A stretch of DNA of 64,000 nt from an uncultured Phycisphaeraceae bacterium (GTDB lineage: Bacteria; Planctomycetota; Phycisphaerae; Phycisphaerales; UBA1924). The notes beneath the pieces are model-generated. The model made no database searches. It was not told where the DNA came from and saw nothing but the letters and a program-made list of their open reading frames with translations. Shown here piece after piece: positions 55,750 to 64,000 of the stretch (positions are counted from its first letter, which is position 1; every line of letters begins with the position of its first letter). A program made the translations under genes and the position numbers. The DNA is taken from the NCBI GenBank assembly GCA_964614075.1, contig CAZTJZ010000003.1:4408-68407 (forward strand), given 5' to 3'.

Positions 55750-56766
55750 TCAGAACGTCATCGCCGTGCTGCTCTCGCGCACGACCAGGCGCGTGGGGAG
55801 GCGGATGAGCTGCGCCGGGGCGTGCTTGTTCTCGAGGCGTTTGATGAGCAGGTTCACCGCCGCCGCCCCCACCTCCGCCATGGGCAGGGCCACCGACGAC
55901 AGCCGCGGGCGGACGACCTGGGCCAGGCGAGAGTTGTCGAACCCGACAAGGCGGAGCTGATCGGGCACCCACAATCGCGCGTCCTCCGCGGCGCGGAGCA
56001 CGCCCGACGCGATCTCGTCGTTGGACGCCAGAACGCCCGCGTTCTCCAGCCCCTGGCGCTTGATCATCCGCACGGCCCACTCCTTGCCCCACTCAAAGGA
56101 GTACTCGCCGTAGGTGATCTGATCGGGCGTCACCGTCCAGCCGTGCGCCGCGAGCGTCGCGGAGAACGCTCCGCCCCGCGCCGTGGTGTCGAAGTTCGTC
56201 CGGGGCCCGCCCACGAAGAAGCACCGCGAGGGCTCGACCCATCGGAGCAGATGCTCCACCGCCTCACGGGCCCCCTTGTCGTTGTCGAGGACCACGCTGT
56301 CGAGCCCGTGCTCGGTAAGGTCGATGTCCAGCGCGACCGTCGGGAGCTGCGAGTCAATCGCCTCGCCCACGAGCGAGTCGGACTTGTCCGCCGCGAGCAT
56401 CGCCACGCCGTCGATCAGCCCCGAGTTGAAGATCCGGTTCCGCCGGTACAGGTCGGCCTGGGCCTCGATGGAGGTGACGAGCATGGAGTACCCGTGCTTG
56501 GCCGCCTCGGCATCGGCGCCCTTCATCAGCTCGCTGTAGAACTCGCCGTGGAAGCTCGGGAGCGCCAGCCCCAGGACCTTGCTCGAGCCCGAGGAGAACG
56601 CCTGCGCGAGCGGGCTGGGCTGATACCCAAGCTTGCGGATGACCTCCTGCACCTTCGCCGCCGTCGCCGACGAGACCGCACCGGGGTTGTTCATAACCCG
56701 AGACACCGTCGCGATGGAGACCCCCGCCGCCGCCGCGACCTGGCGGATCGATACCGGCGCCTTCAC
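55750..56766 (-). CDS. LacI family transcriptional regulator
   Basis: HTH SIRQVAAAAGVSIATVSRVMN plus a periplasmic-binding-protein-like core. Start set at GTG 56766 (338 aa, VKAPVSIRQVA); the track ORF extends to 56886. Confidence 0.85.
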   Translation of the reverse strand: MKAPVSIRQVAAAAGVSIATVSRVMNNPGAVSSATAAKVQEVIRKLGYQPSPLAQAFSSGSSKVLGLALPSFHGEFYSELMKGADAEAAKHGYSMLVTSIEAQADLYRRNRIFNSGLIDGVAMLAADKSDSLVGEAIDSQLPTVALDIDLTEHGLDSVVLDNDKGAREAVEHLLRWVEPSRCFFVGGPRTNFDTTARGGAFSATLAAHGWTVTPDQITYGEYSFEWGKEWAVRMIKRQGLENAGVLASNDEIASGVLRAAEDARLWVPDQLRLVGFDNSRLAQVVRPRLSSVALPMAEVGAAAVNLLIKRLENKHAPAQLIRLPTRLVVRESSTAMTF

Positions 56767-56896
56767 GCCGTCGTCCGGCCCGCCCTGGCCATGCTCTTGA
56801 GGTGTGCTCACAACGACGGATGATAGGACGGGGGCGACGATGGCTGAACGCACGCCAGCCTTCGCCTCATCCCGCACCTGCCCCATGCACCAACGA

Positions 56897-57880
56897 CTAC
56901 TTCCCCAGCCGCTCGCTCAGCTTCTTCCCCGCCTCGCTCCCCAGCATCGCGCTGCGCTGGGCGAACCGGCGCGCCTCGTCCAGCTTCCCGGCCCGCTCCA
57001 TCCACACCGCCGCGTCGAGCGCGAGCTGCGCATCGGTCGGCTCGCTCTCGGCGTGCTTGGCGTACAACCCCGCCGCGTCCTCCGGGCGCCGCAGCAGCCC
57101 GTAGCACTCTCCCATCACCGCCAGCACCCCGGGCTCGCGCTGCTCGCTCATCGAGAGCCCGACCAGCCCCTGCAACGCCTCCTCCGCCCGCCCCAGCCGT
57201 TTCTTCGCCCGCGCCTCCACCAGCCGCCACACCACGTTGTACGGGTCGAGCGTCCGGGCCTTGGCGACGTGCTGGACCGCCATCTCCGCGTGGTTCTCCC
57301 GCAGCGCGATCTCGCCCAGGGTTCCCCACACAATCGCCTTCTCGGGATCGAGGTTCGCCGCCAGAAGCAGGTTCTTCTTCGCGTCGGTCAGCTTGTCGAG
57401 CTTGAGCTGCGTCTGCGCGAGGTAGATCGGGATCTGCGCATCGTTGGGGCTCAGCCCCTGGGCGGCGGCGTAGTGCTCCTCGGCCCGGTCGGGCTTCCCC
57501 GCCGAGCTCGCCACCGTCCCCGCGTCGAACTGCAGCTTCGCGTCGGGCTTGCCCAGCGCGATCGCCTTCTCATACATCGGGTATGCCTCGCCGGGCCGCC
57601 GCTGGGCCACCAGCAGCTCGCCATAGCTCAGACACAGCCGCGCCTCCTGCGGATACTTCGCGATCGCCTCTTTCAAGATCGCCTCGGCCTTGGCCGGCTC
57701 AAGCTGCTTGACGTACACCTCCGCCGCGTTCAGGATCGCGTCGATGTTCTCCGCGCTCCCCGTCCCGGGCTTAGCCTCCGCGGGCGAGGGCGAGAGCGCT
57801 CCTCGAACGACCAGGACCAGCGCCCCCGCGAGCGCGAGGACCAGCACCACCACCACCGCCTTGAACACGCCGTTCTTCAT
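56897..57880 (-). CDS. TPR repeat protein, membrane-anchored
   Basis: 327 aa from ATG 57880. N-terminal TM KAVVVVLVLALAGALVLVV, then repeated 34-aa A/L/Y-rich TPR-like units. Confidence 0.75.
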   Translation of the reverse strand: MKNGVFKAVVVVLVLALAGALVLVVRGALSPSPAEAKPGTGSAENIDAILNAAEVYVKQLEPAKAEAILKEAIAKYPQEARLCLSYGELLVAQRRPGEAYPMYEKAIALGKPDAKLQFDAGTVASSAGKPDRAEEHYAAAQGLSPNDAQIPIYLAQTQLKLDKLTDAKKNLLLAANLDPEKAIVWGTLGEIALRENHAEMAVQHVAKARTLDPYNVVWRLVEARAKKRLGRAEEALQGLVGLSMSEQREPGVLAVMGECYGLLRRPEDAAGLYAKHAESEPTDAQLALDAAVWMERAGKLDEARRFAQRSAMLGSEAGKKLSERLGK

Positions 57881-57960
57881 CGCCTTCGCACCCTCCGTCG
57901 CCCGAGTCCCGTCCGCGCTCCGCCGGGCGTCCCCACGGGCAAAGCGTACACTCCCCCGCC

Positions 57961-60900
57961 ATGTCGTCATCTATGTCGTCATCTTCGGCACTTCCCGATC
58001 AGAACCCCCCCGCGGCGCCTCACGCCCCCATCCCGATGGACGCCCCCACAGACGCCCCTGCCGAGCTCTCCAAGACCTACAAGCCCGCCGAGCACGAGTC
58101 ACGAATCTGGGATCGCTGGATCGCTTCGAACGCCTTCCACGCCGACCCGCAGCGTGTTCTCCAGGGCGCCGTCCGTCCCTACACCATCGTCATCCCCCCG
58201 CCCAACGTCACCGACCGCCTGCACCTCGGGCACGCCCTCAACAACACCCTCCAGGACATCCTCGCCCGCGCCCACCGCATGATGGGCTACGAGACCCTCT
58301 GGATGCCCGGCACCGACCACGCGGGGATCGCCACGCAGGCCGTCGTCGAGCGTCGGGTGATGAAGGACGAGAAGAAACGCCGCACCGATTTCACCCGCGA
58401 GGCCTTCGTCGCCAAAATCCAGGCCTTCAAGGACGAGTACGAGGCGGTCATCACGGGCCAGCTCCAGAAGATGGGCTGCTCGTGCGACTGGGAACGCCAG
58501 CGCTTCACCATGGACGACCAGTGCGCCAAGGCCGTGCGCGAGGCCTTCTTCCGCCTCTTCAGGGGCGGCATGATCTACCGCGGGAAGCGCCTGGTAAACT
58601 GGGACCCCGTGCTCCAGACCGCGGTCGCCGACGATGAGTGCTACGACGAGGAGATCGACGGCGCGTTCTATTACCTCCGCTACCCGCTCGTCCACGCCGG
58701 CGCGCGAGAGCGCGGCGTGGAGCACGACGACAAAGTCCAGGACGCGCAGCCTGTGTCCTGGGGAGAGCTCGCACGCCGCGGCTACGAGGGCGCCGGTCAC
58801 CACCCCGCCGACGCCCCGGCCTGGATCACCGTCGCCACCACCCGCCCCGAGACCTACCTGGGCGACTCCGCCGTCGCCATCAACCCCCACGACCCCCGTG
58901 CCAAGGCCCTCAAGGGGCTCAGCGTCGAGCTTCCCCTCGTGGGGCGCGTCATCCCGATCGTGGAAGACAGCTACGTCGTGCTCCCCGAGCGCTACGCACG
59001 CACCGACGATGAAAAAAACGACCCCAAGGCCGCCGTGGCCACCGGGTTCCTCAAGGTCACGCCCGCGCACGACCAGAACGACTACGAGCTCGGACGACGC
59101 CACAACCTCGCGGTGATCAACGTGATGGCCCCGGACGGCTCCATCAGCGACACGCACGGCTGGAGCGACCCTGGCGACGCCCACCTCTTCGTCGGCAAGA
59201 AACGCGAGGACGCGCGCAAGCTCGTCATCAAAGAGTTCCAGGCCCGCACCGTCGGGAACGAGCCGCTGTTTGAGGGGAGCAAGCCCCACCGCCACAGCGT
59301 CAAGCACAGCGACCGCAGCAAGGCGATCATCGAGCCCTACCTCAGCGACCAGTGGTACGTGAAGGTCACCGACCCGCGCCTGGCAAAGGCGGCGAACCAG
59401 GCGCTCGTCGCGGAGCAGCGCTCTGCCTCTTCTCCCTCTCGTGGCACAGGCGTCCCGCCTGTGCCTTCCCATCCTCCTTTGCCTCAAGGCACGGGTCATC
59501 CGCCGGTGCCCCACCCTTCCACGCTCCACAAGCCGCTCAGCGCACAATTCACATCCTCCATCCGCAATCTCCCGCACTGGCAGCAGGGAGGCCAGACCTA
59601 TTTCATCACGTTCCGTCTCGCACACGGCACGCTCTCAGAAGCGGAGCGGACCCTTGTCCTCCACGCCTGTCGCCACTGGGATGCCGAACGTCTCGAGCTC
59701 CACGCGGCGTGCGTCATGCCCGACCACGTCCACCTCATCCTGTCGCCGTTCGAAAAGTCACCCGGGCAGTGGTACACGCTCGCGGAGATCCTCCACAGCC
59801 TCAAGTCGTACTCGGCCCACGAGATGACCAAGCAGCACGGGCGAAACGCACCCGTGTGGCAGGACGAGTCCTTCGACCGGATCCTCCGCCCCGGAGAGTT
59901 CCAGGAAACCCTCGCGTACCTCCAGCACAACCCCGTGAACGCCGGCCTGGCACGGGCATGGTCGGAGTACCCGTGGACCTGGGTTCCCGGAGCGTCGCTC
60001 GACGGGCAGTGCCGATTCCCCGAGAGATGGCGCGGCACGACACGGGCTGATGGGCAAGAAGAGAAAAACGAAGAACACAGGCGGGACGCCTGTGCCACAA
60101 GAGAAGACAACACGCTCGCCTTCCACCCCGCCCGCTACGCGAAGACCTACGAGCAGTGGCACGACCAGATCCGCGACTGGTGCATCTCCAGGCAGCTCTG
60201 GTGGGGGCATCGAATCCCGGTGTGGCATATCTCCCCCGTAACAAAGTTCGGGCCATCGGATGAGAACGATGGCTCCGCTGAATATGAAGAATTTTCATCG
60301 AGCGTGGCAATGGCAGCATGGAAATTGTGCGACGACTGCGACGACACTCCCTGCTTTGTGAAGCACGATTCGATCGTCCAAACATGCCATCTTGTGGCCA
60401 GTAGCGCGACATCAGAGGCCATCTTCACTGAACTCGCATCGTGGCTCAGCTCGGGTGCGAGCGAAGCATCCATTCCATCGAAGTGGCTGAAGAACCCGAA
60501 GCAGCTCGCCGCCGCGAAGACACTCGGCCGGCTTGTCGCAAAGTGCGAGCGCGACCCCGACGTCCTCGACACCTGGTTCTCCTCCGCACTCTGGCCCATG
60601 TCCACGCTCGGCTGGCCCGACGACACCGACCTCCTCAAGGCCTTCAACCCCACCTCCACCCTCTGCACCGCCCGAGAGATCATCACCCTCTGGGTCTCGC
60701 GCATGGTCATGTTCAACCGCTACTTCCTGGGCGAGGGCCAGGGCAAGGGGCCTGTCCCCTTCCGCGACGTCTTCATCCACGCGGTCATCCAGGACGGCGA
60801 AGGCCGAAAGATGTCCAAGAGCCTGGGCAACGGCGTTGATCCTCTGGACATCATCGCCACGCACGGCGCCGACGCGATGCGCTTCACGCTCTGCCACATG

Positions 60901-61941
60901 ACCACCCAGACCCAGGACGTCCGCCTCCCGGTCGTCAAGGACCCCGCCACGGGGAAGAACACCAGCCCCAAGTTCGATCTGGGACGCAACTTCGCCAACA
61001 AGCTCTGGAACGCCGCACGATTCGCGCTGGGAATCCTGGGCGGCTCGCCCGCGCCCGCCCAGGGCCAAACCACGCTCGCCGACCGATGGATGCTCTCGCG
61101 TCTGGCCTCGGCGGCGACGGGGATCGACGACTCGCTCGCACGCTTCGAGTTCTCCGAGTACGCCGCCAGCGTCTACACCCTGCTCTGGAACGACTTCTGC
61201 GACTGGTACCTGGAGGCCATCAAGCCCACCGCCGCCACGAACCCGGCGCAGCGTGCCGTCCTCGCCGCCACGCTCGAATCGATCGTCCGTCTCCTCCACC
61301 CCGTCATGCCCTTCGTCACCGAGGCGATCGACGAGAAGCTCCGCGCCCTCCCCGCCGCCCGCGTCCCGGGTGTGCGCCTCGAGCGCCCGCGCGGGCGAGA
61401 CCTGCTCTGCCTCGCGGCGTGGCCGGCCATCGACCCCTCCCTCCGCGACCCGGCCGCCGAGGCCGACTTCGAGCGCCTGCGCGCCTTCGTGACCGCCATC
61501 CGCGACGTGCGCGCCAAGCACCAGGTGAAGCCCTCGCGTCGCATCACGCTCCATCTCTCGACGGATGCCAAGCGCACGCCCCCGTCGTTCACCCCCGAGC
61601 AGCTCGCCCTGGCGATGACGCTCGCGGGGCTGGAGCGCGTGGAGACCGCCCTCCCCCCGCCGGGCTCGACCCTGTTCACGTTCGAGTCGCACGAGTGGGC
61701 GCTCAGCAACCTCGCCGACGCCGCCCAGGCCGGCGCCGCCGAAGACGCCGAACGCCAGCGCTTGACGCGCCAGATCGCCGATCTCGAAAAGTCCGCCGCA
61801 ACCCTCGAGGCCCGCCTCGCCAACCCGGGCTACGCCGACAAGGCCCCGCCCAAGATGGTCCAGCAGACTCGCGACCAGCTCGCGAAGATCACCGGGGATC
61901 TCGACGCGGCCCGCGCCGCCCTCGCCAAGCTCGCCCCCTGA
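57961..61941 (+). CDS. valS: valine--tRNA ligase carrying a 231-codon in-frame HUH-transposase insertion
   Basis: HIGH-region PPPNVTDRLHLGHAL, DWCISRQLWWGHRIP, DVLDTWFSSALWP, KMSKS, and a C-terminal coiled coil. 1326 aa versus roughly 880-950 aa for typical bacterial ValRS. Confidence 0.9.
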   Translation: MSSSMSSSSALPDQNPPAAPHAPIPMDAPTDAPAELSKTYKPAEHESRIWDRWIASNAFHADPQRVLQGAVRPYTIVIPPPNVTDRLHLGHALNNTLQDILARAHRMMGYETLWMPGTDHAGIATQAVVERRVMKDEKKRRTDFTREAFVAKIQAFKDEYEAVITGQLQKMGCSCDWERQRFTMDDQCAKAVREAFFRLFRGGMIYRGKRLVNWDPVLQTAVADDECYDEEIDGAFYYLRYPLVHAGARERGVEHDDKVQDAQPVSWGELARRGYEGAGHHPADAPAWITVATTRPETYLGDSAVAINPHDPRAKALKGLSVELPLVGRVIPIVEDSYVVLPERYARTDDEKNDPKAAVATGFLKVTPAHDQNDYELGRRHNLAVINVMAPDGSISDTHGWSDPGDAHLFVGKKREDARKLVIKEFQARTVGNEPLFEGSKPHRHSVKHSDRSKAIIEPYLSDQWYVKVTDPRLAKAANQALVAEQRSASSPSRGTGVPPVPSHPPLPQGTGHPPVPHPSTLHKPLSAQFTSSIRNLPHWQQGGQTYFITFRLAHGTLSEAERTLVLHACRHWDAERLELHAACVMPDHVHLILSPFEKSPGQWYTLAEILHSLKSYSAHEMTKQHGRNAPVWQDESFDRILRPGEFQETLAYLQHNPVNAGLARAWSEYPWTWVPGASLDGQCRFPERWRGTTRADGQEEKNEEHRRDACATREDNTLAFHPARYAKTYEQWHDQIRDWCISRQLWWGHRIPVWHISPVTKFGPSDENDGSAEYEEFSSSVAMAAWKLCDDCDDTPCFVKHDSIVQTCHLVASSATSEAIFTELASWLSSGASEASIPSKWLKNPKQLAAAKTLGRLVAKCERDPDVLDTWFSSALWPMSTLGWPDDTDLLKAFNPTSTLCTAREIITLWVSRMVMFNRYFLGEGQGKGPVPFRDVFIHAVIQDGEGRKMSKSLGNGVDPLDIIATHGADAMRFTLCHMTTQTQDVRLPVVKDPATGKNTSPKFDLGRNFANKLWNAARFALGILGGSPAPAQGQTTLADRWMLSRLASAATGIDDSLARFEFSEYAASVYTLLWNDFCDWYLEAIKPTAATNPAQRAVLAATLESIVRLLHPVMPFVTEAIDEKLRALPAARVPGVRLERPRGRDLLCLAAWPAIDPSLRDPAAEADFERLRAFVTAIRDVRAKHQVKPSRRITLHLSTDAKRTPPSFTPEQLALAMTLAGLERVETALPPPGSTLFTFESHEWALSNLADAAQAGAAEDAERQRLTRQIADLEKSAATLEARLANPGYADKAPPKMVQQTRDQLAKITGDLDAARAALAKLAP
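59443..59465. repeat. REP hairpin (left end of valS insert)
   Basis: Perfect palindrome GGCACAGGCG-TCC-CGCCTGTGCC. Confidence 0.85.
59488..59510. repeat. second, degenerate REP hairpin
   Basis: GGCACGGGTCATCCGCCGGTGCC, an imperfect palindrome of the same family. Confidence 0.5.
60074..60096. repeat. REP hairpin (right end of valS insert, inverted orientation)
   Basis: AACACAGGCGGGACGCCTGTGCC is the reverse complement of the left REP, with 2 mismatches at the outer end. Confidence 0.8.
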
Positions 61942-61951
61942 ACGGTTCGGT

Positions 61952-62518
61952 TCAGCCGCGCGCCCCGTGGCGTTTCAGGTCCTCGGGCGTGTCGATGTCC
62001 AGCCCCGCCGCCTCGCACGCGATGGCGCGAACGCCCTCGCGCGAGAGCAGATTCTTCGCGCCGCGGTCCTCACGGATCGAGCGGAGCTCCTCGAACCACG
62101 CCCTCGAGAAGCACGCCGGCACGCCCACCACCCCCGCGTACCGCGTCGCGCACGCCCCCGCCCCTCGCCCCACCGCCTCGCCCAACGCCGCGAAGTGCGC
62201 CGCGGGCACGCACGGCTGGTCCGCAAGCGCGATCACCAGCGCCTCCGCCCCGACGCTCGCGTCCACCGCCGCCCGGATCGAGGTCGACAGCCCCTCCGCC
62301 CACGCCGGGTTCTCCACCACCTCCACACCGTGCGGCACCAGCCCACGCAGCGCCTCCGCCTCACACCCCAGCACCACCACCACACGCTCCGCCCCGGACC
62401 GCACCCCCGCCCGCACCGCGTGCGCAATCAGCGGCAGCCCGCGAAACTCCATCGCGAGCTTCATCGCCCCCATCCGCGTCGAGCCCCCCGCGCCCAGCAC
62501 CGCGTGCACGATCCTCAC
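61952..62518 (-). CDS. MobA/MocA-like nucleotidyltransferase (molybdenum cofactor cytidylyl/guanylyltransferase family)
   Basis: 188 aa from GTG 62518, which overlaps the XdhC stop (GTGA). AVLGAGGSTRMG, LADQPCV. Confidence 0.75.
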   Translation of the reverse strand: MRIVHAVLGAGGSTRMGAMKLAMEFRGLPLIAHAVRAGVRSGAERVVVVLGCEAEALRGLVPHGVEVVENPAWAEGLSTSIRAAVDASVGAEALVIALADQPCVPAAHFAALGEAVGRGAGACATRYAGVVGVPACFSRAWFEELRSIREDRGAKNLLSREGVRAIACEAAGLDIDTPEDLKRHGARG

Positions 62519-63600
62519 GCTCCGCCCCCGATCGCGCACGACCCCGCGACGACACCCCCCGCCGCCCGCCCCGCTTCACCCCGCTCGTGGATCGCCCCGC
62601 GACGATCCCGCAGCGCTCCACCCCCACGCCCGCGCAGCACCGCGCGGGCCTCGCCCAGAATCGCCACCGCGATCTCTCCCGCCCCCTCGGCCCCGATGTC
62701 CAATCCCGCCGGGGCGTACAGCCTCGACATGTCCACCGCCACCCCCGCCGCGCGCAGCGACCCGACCAGCTCGTCCCGCCGAGACGCCGGCCCCAGGAGC
62801 CCGACATACCCGCACGCCCCCGCGAACGCCAGGCGCAGCGCCGCGACATCCGCCTCGACGTGGTGCGTCATCACCACCGCCGCCGAACGCTCGCCCGCCA
62901 GCCACTCGCCCACGCGTGGGTCCGACGCCGTCACGCACGCCGCCGCGCCCGCCAGCCGCCCCGTGATCAACGCCGACTCCCGCCCCACCACCACCATCGT
63001 GACAAACCCCGCGTGCGGGGCGAGCCGCGCCAGCGCCTCCGCGTCCTGCCCCGCCCCAAAGATCACCAGCCGCTCCGGCACGCTCGCCCGGTCCACGAGC
63101 ACCCCCGCCGCCGACGCCTCTCCCTCTCGCGCCTCCTCCTCGAGACGTGTGCCCAGCCTCGCCGAGCCCTCGAACACCACCTCGATCGCCCGCGTGCTCT
63201 CCCCGCGCGCCACGCTCCAGAACATCCGCGCCATCGCCGCGCCACGCGCCACCTCGACACGCTCCAGCAGCACGCTCACCAGCCCCCGGCAGCCCAGCGC
63301 ATACCCCAGCTCACGCTCCCCATCTCCCGAGGTGTCATACGTCACCACCCGCGGGCCACGCTCGACATGAAAAAACGCCCGCCTCGCGATCTCGCTCTCG
63401 AGGCACCCCCCGCTCACCATCCCGACGCCGCGCCCGTCCCGTCGCACCAGCAACCGAGCCCCGGGACGCCGGTACGTCGAGCCCTCCACGCCCACCACCG
63501 TGCCCAGCACGACATCCTCGCCCGACCGGGCGGCCTCGTCCAACTCCCGCGCAATAGCCTCAAGCTCGATCACGACGGATCGTAGTGCCGCGCCCGCCAC
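62515..63600 (-). CDS. XdhC/CoxI family molybdoenzyme maturation protein
   Basis: 361 aa. LGTVVGVEGSTYRRPGARLLV, MVSGGCLE, Rossmann-like LVIFGAGQDAEALARLA. Confidence 0.8.
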   Translation of the reverse strand: MAGAALRSVVIELEAIARELDEAARSGEDVVLGTVVGVEGSTYRRPGARLLVRRDGRGVGMVSGGCLESEIARRAFFHVERGPRVVTYDTSGDGERELGYALGCRGLVSVLLERVEVARGAAMARMFWSVARGESTRAIEVVFEGSARLGTRLEEEAREGEASAAGVLVDRASVPERLVIFGAGQDAEALARLAPHAGFVTMVVVGRESALITGRLAGAAACVTASDPRVGEWLAGERSAAVVMTHHVEADVAALRLAFAGACGYVGLLGPASRRDELVGSLRAAGVAVDMSRLYAPAGLDIGAEGAGEIAVAILGEARAVLRGRGGGALRDRRGAIHERGEAGRAAGGVVAGSCAIGGGA

Positions 63601-63615
63601 CCCCGGTCGCGATCT

Positions 63616-64000
63616 CTAGTTCAGCTCCCGGCACACCCACGCCGTCTCCCCGCCCACGTTCACCGCCGCGAGCAGGTGCAGCTGCACGCCCGAGTCCAGC
63701 AGCCGCCGCACATTCCTGGGCTGGTCCGTGAGCAGATGCAGCGCCGTCTTCTCGGATTCGCCCGACAGCGTCACCCCCGGGCTGGCCAGGCGCAGCAACT
63801 CCAGGTGATCAAACGCCCACCCAGCGACCGACACGAGCTTGGCCACGGTCTGCCCCACCGCCTCGTCCGCGAGCTCGCGCGAATCCGCAACGTACGCGAG
63901 CAGGTGCAGCGCCCCCGACGCGTCCGCCGCGAGCTGGACCTTGGGCGCAAAGGGGCAACGGGCCTTCAGCCCCACCAGCCCCGGCAGGTGCTTCGCCAGC
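63616..64000 (-). CDS. 3' part of a hypothetical CDS continuing past the right edge
   Basis: The frame is open to the window end (..LAKHLPGLVGLKARCPF..VCRELN*). No family recognised. Confidence 0.4.
   Translation of the reverse strand, partial: LAKHLPGLVGLKARCPFAPKVQLAADASGALHLLAYVADSRELADEAVGQTVAKLVSVAGWAFDHLELLRLASPGVTLSGESEKTALHLLTDQPRNVRRLLDSGVQLHLLAAVNVGGETAWVCRELN

Larger units (their letters stand above)
59419..60111 (+). mobile_element. REP-flanked RAYT-like (IS200/IS605-type Y1 HUH transposase) module embedded in valS
   Basis: Encodes RNLPHW..YFITFRL, PDHVHLIL (HUH), and LAYLQHNPVNAGL (catalytic Tyr). No start or stop of its own. Ends are inverted REP hairpins. Confidence 0.8.

Noticed and set aside
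59419-60111. Intein as the explanation for the valS insertion
   Set aside because: There is no Cys/Ser/Thr nucleophile at the N-junction with a matching His-Asn plus Cys/Ser/Thr at the C-junction, and no Hint or LAGLIDADG/HNH blocks. The insert instead has HUH and Tyr motifs and REP hairpin ends.

Overview
High-GC (about 68-70% by hand count of sample lines) bacterial chromosomal window. The organism is probably Planctomycetota/Phycisphaerae-like; this is an inference from a C-terminal 'GC' dockerin-type protein, PEP-CTERM-like tails, a prepilin-type pseudopilin and the style of REP element. I support about 45 CDS, 3 tRNAs (Ser-GGA, Pro-CGG, Pro-GGG), 2 pseudogene fragments, and several repeat families. 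Core content: an ACP / adenylate-forming ligase / AsnB-like / NadE-like cluster with a convergent PLP decarboxylase; truB; an ArnT-like GT-C transferase with a PAP2 phosphatase; two RND efflux operons, one next to an ECF sigma factor with a Cys-bearing C-terminal extension; psuG; def-fmt; pyrC; a LacI regulator; valS; XdhC/MocA-like maturation genes. Most notable observations: (1) valS carries an in-frame 693-nt insertion encoding a complete HUH/Y1 (RAYT-like) transposase domain, bounded by inverted REP hairpins. (2) A tightly coupled five-gene SWIM / unknown / MoxR-AAA+ / unknown / VWA operon has no assigned function. (3) Both tRNA-Pro genes head tandem arrays of small, lower-GC islets that lack an integrase. 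Each islet is delimited by the same hairpin + tRNA-3'-end + ~110-nt arm module (4 copies). One islet carries arsR, a fused arsC-arsM and a truncated aquaporin. Others carry orphan small genes, one of which looks like an immunity protein. No rRNA, CRISPR array, integrase or phage structural genes were seen. Many long ORFs in the track are antisense or out-of-frame artefacts of the high GC content. All family names are from motif recognition and memory, not from searches.
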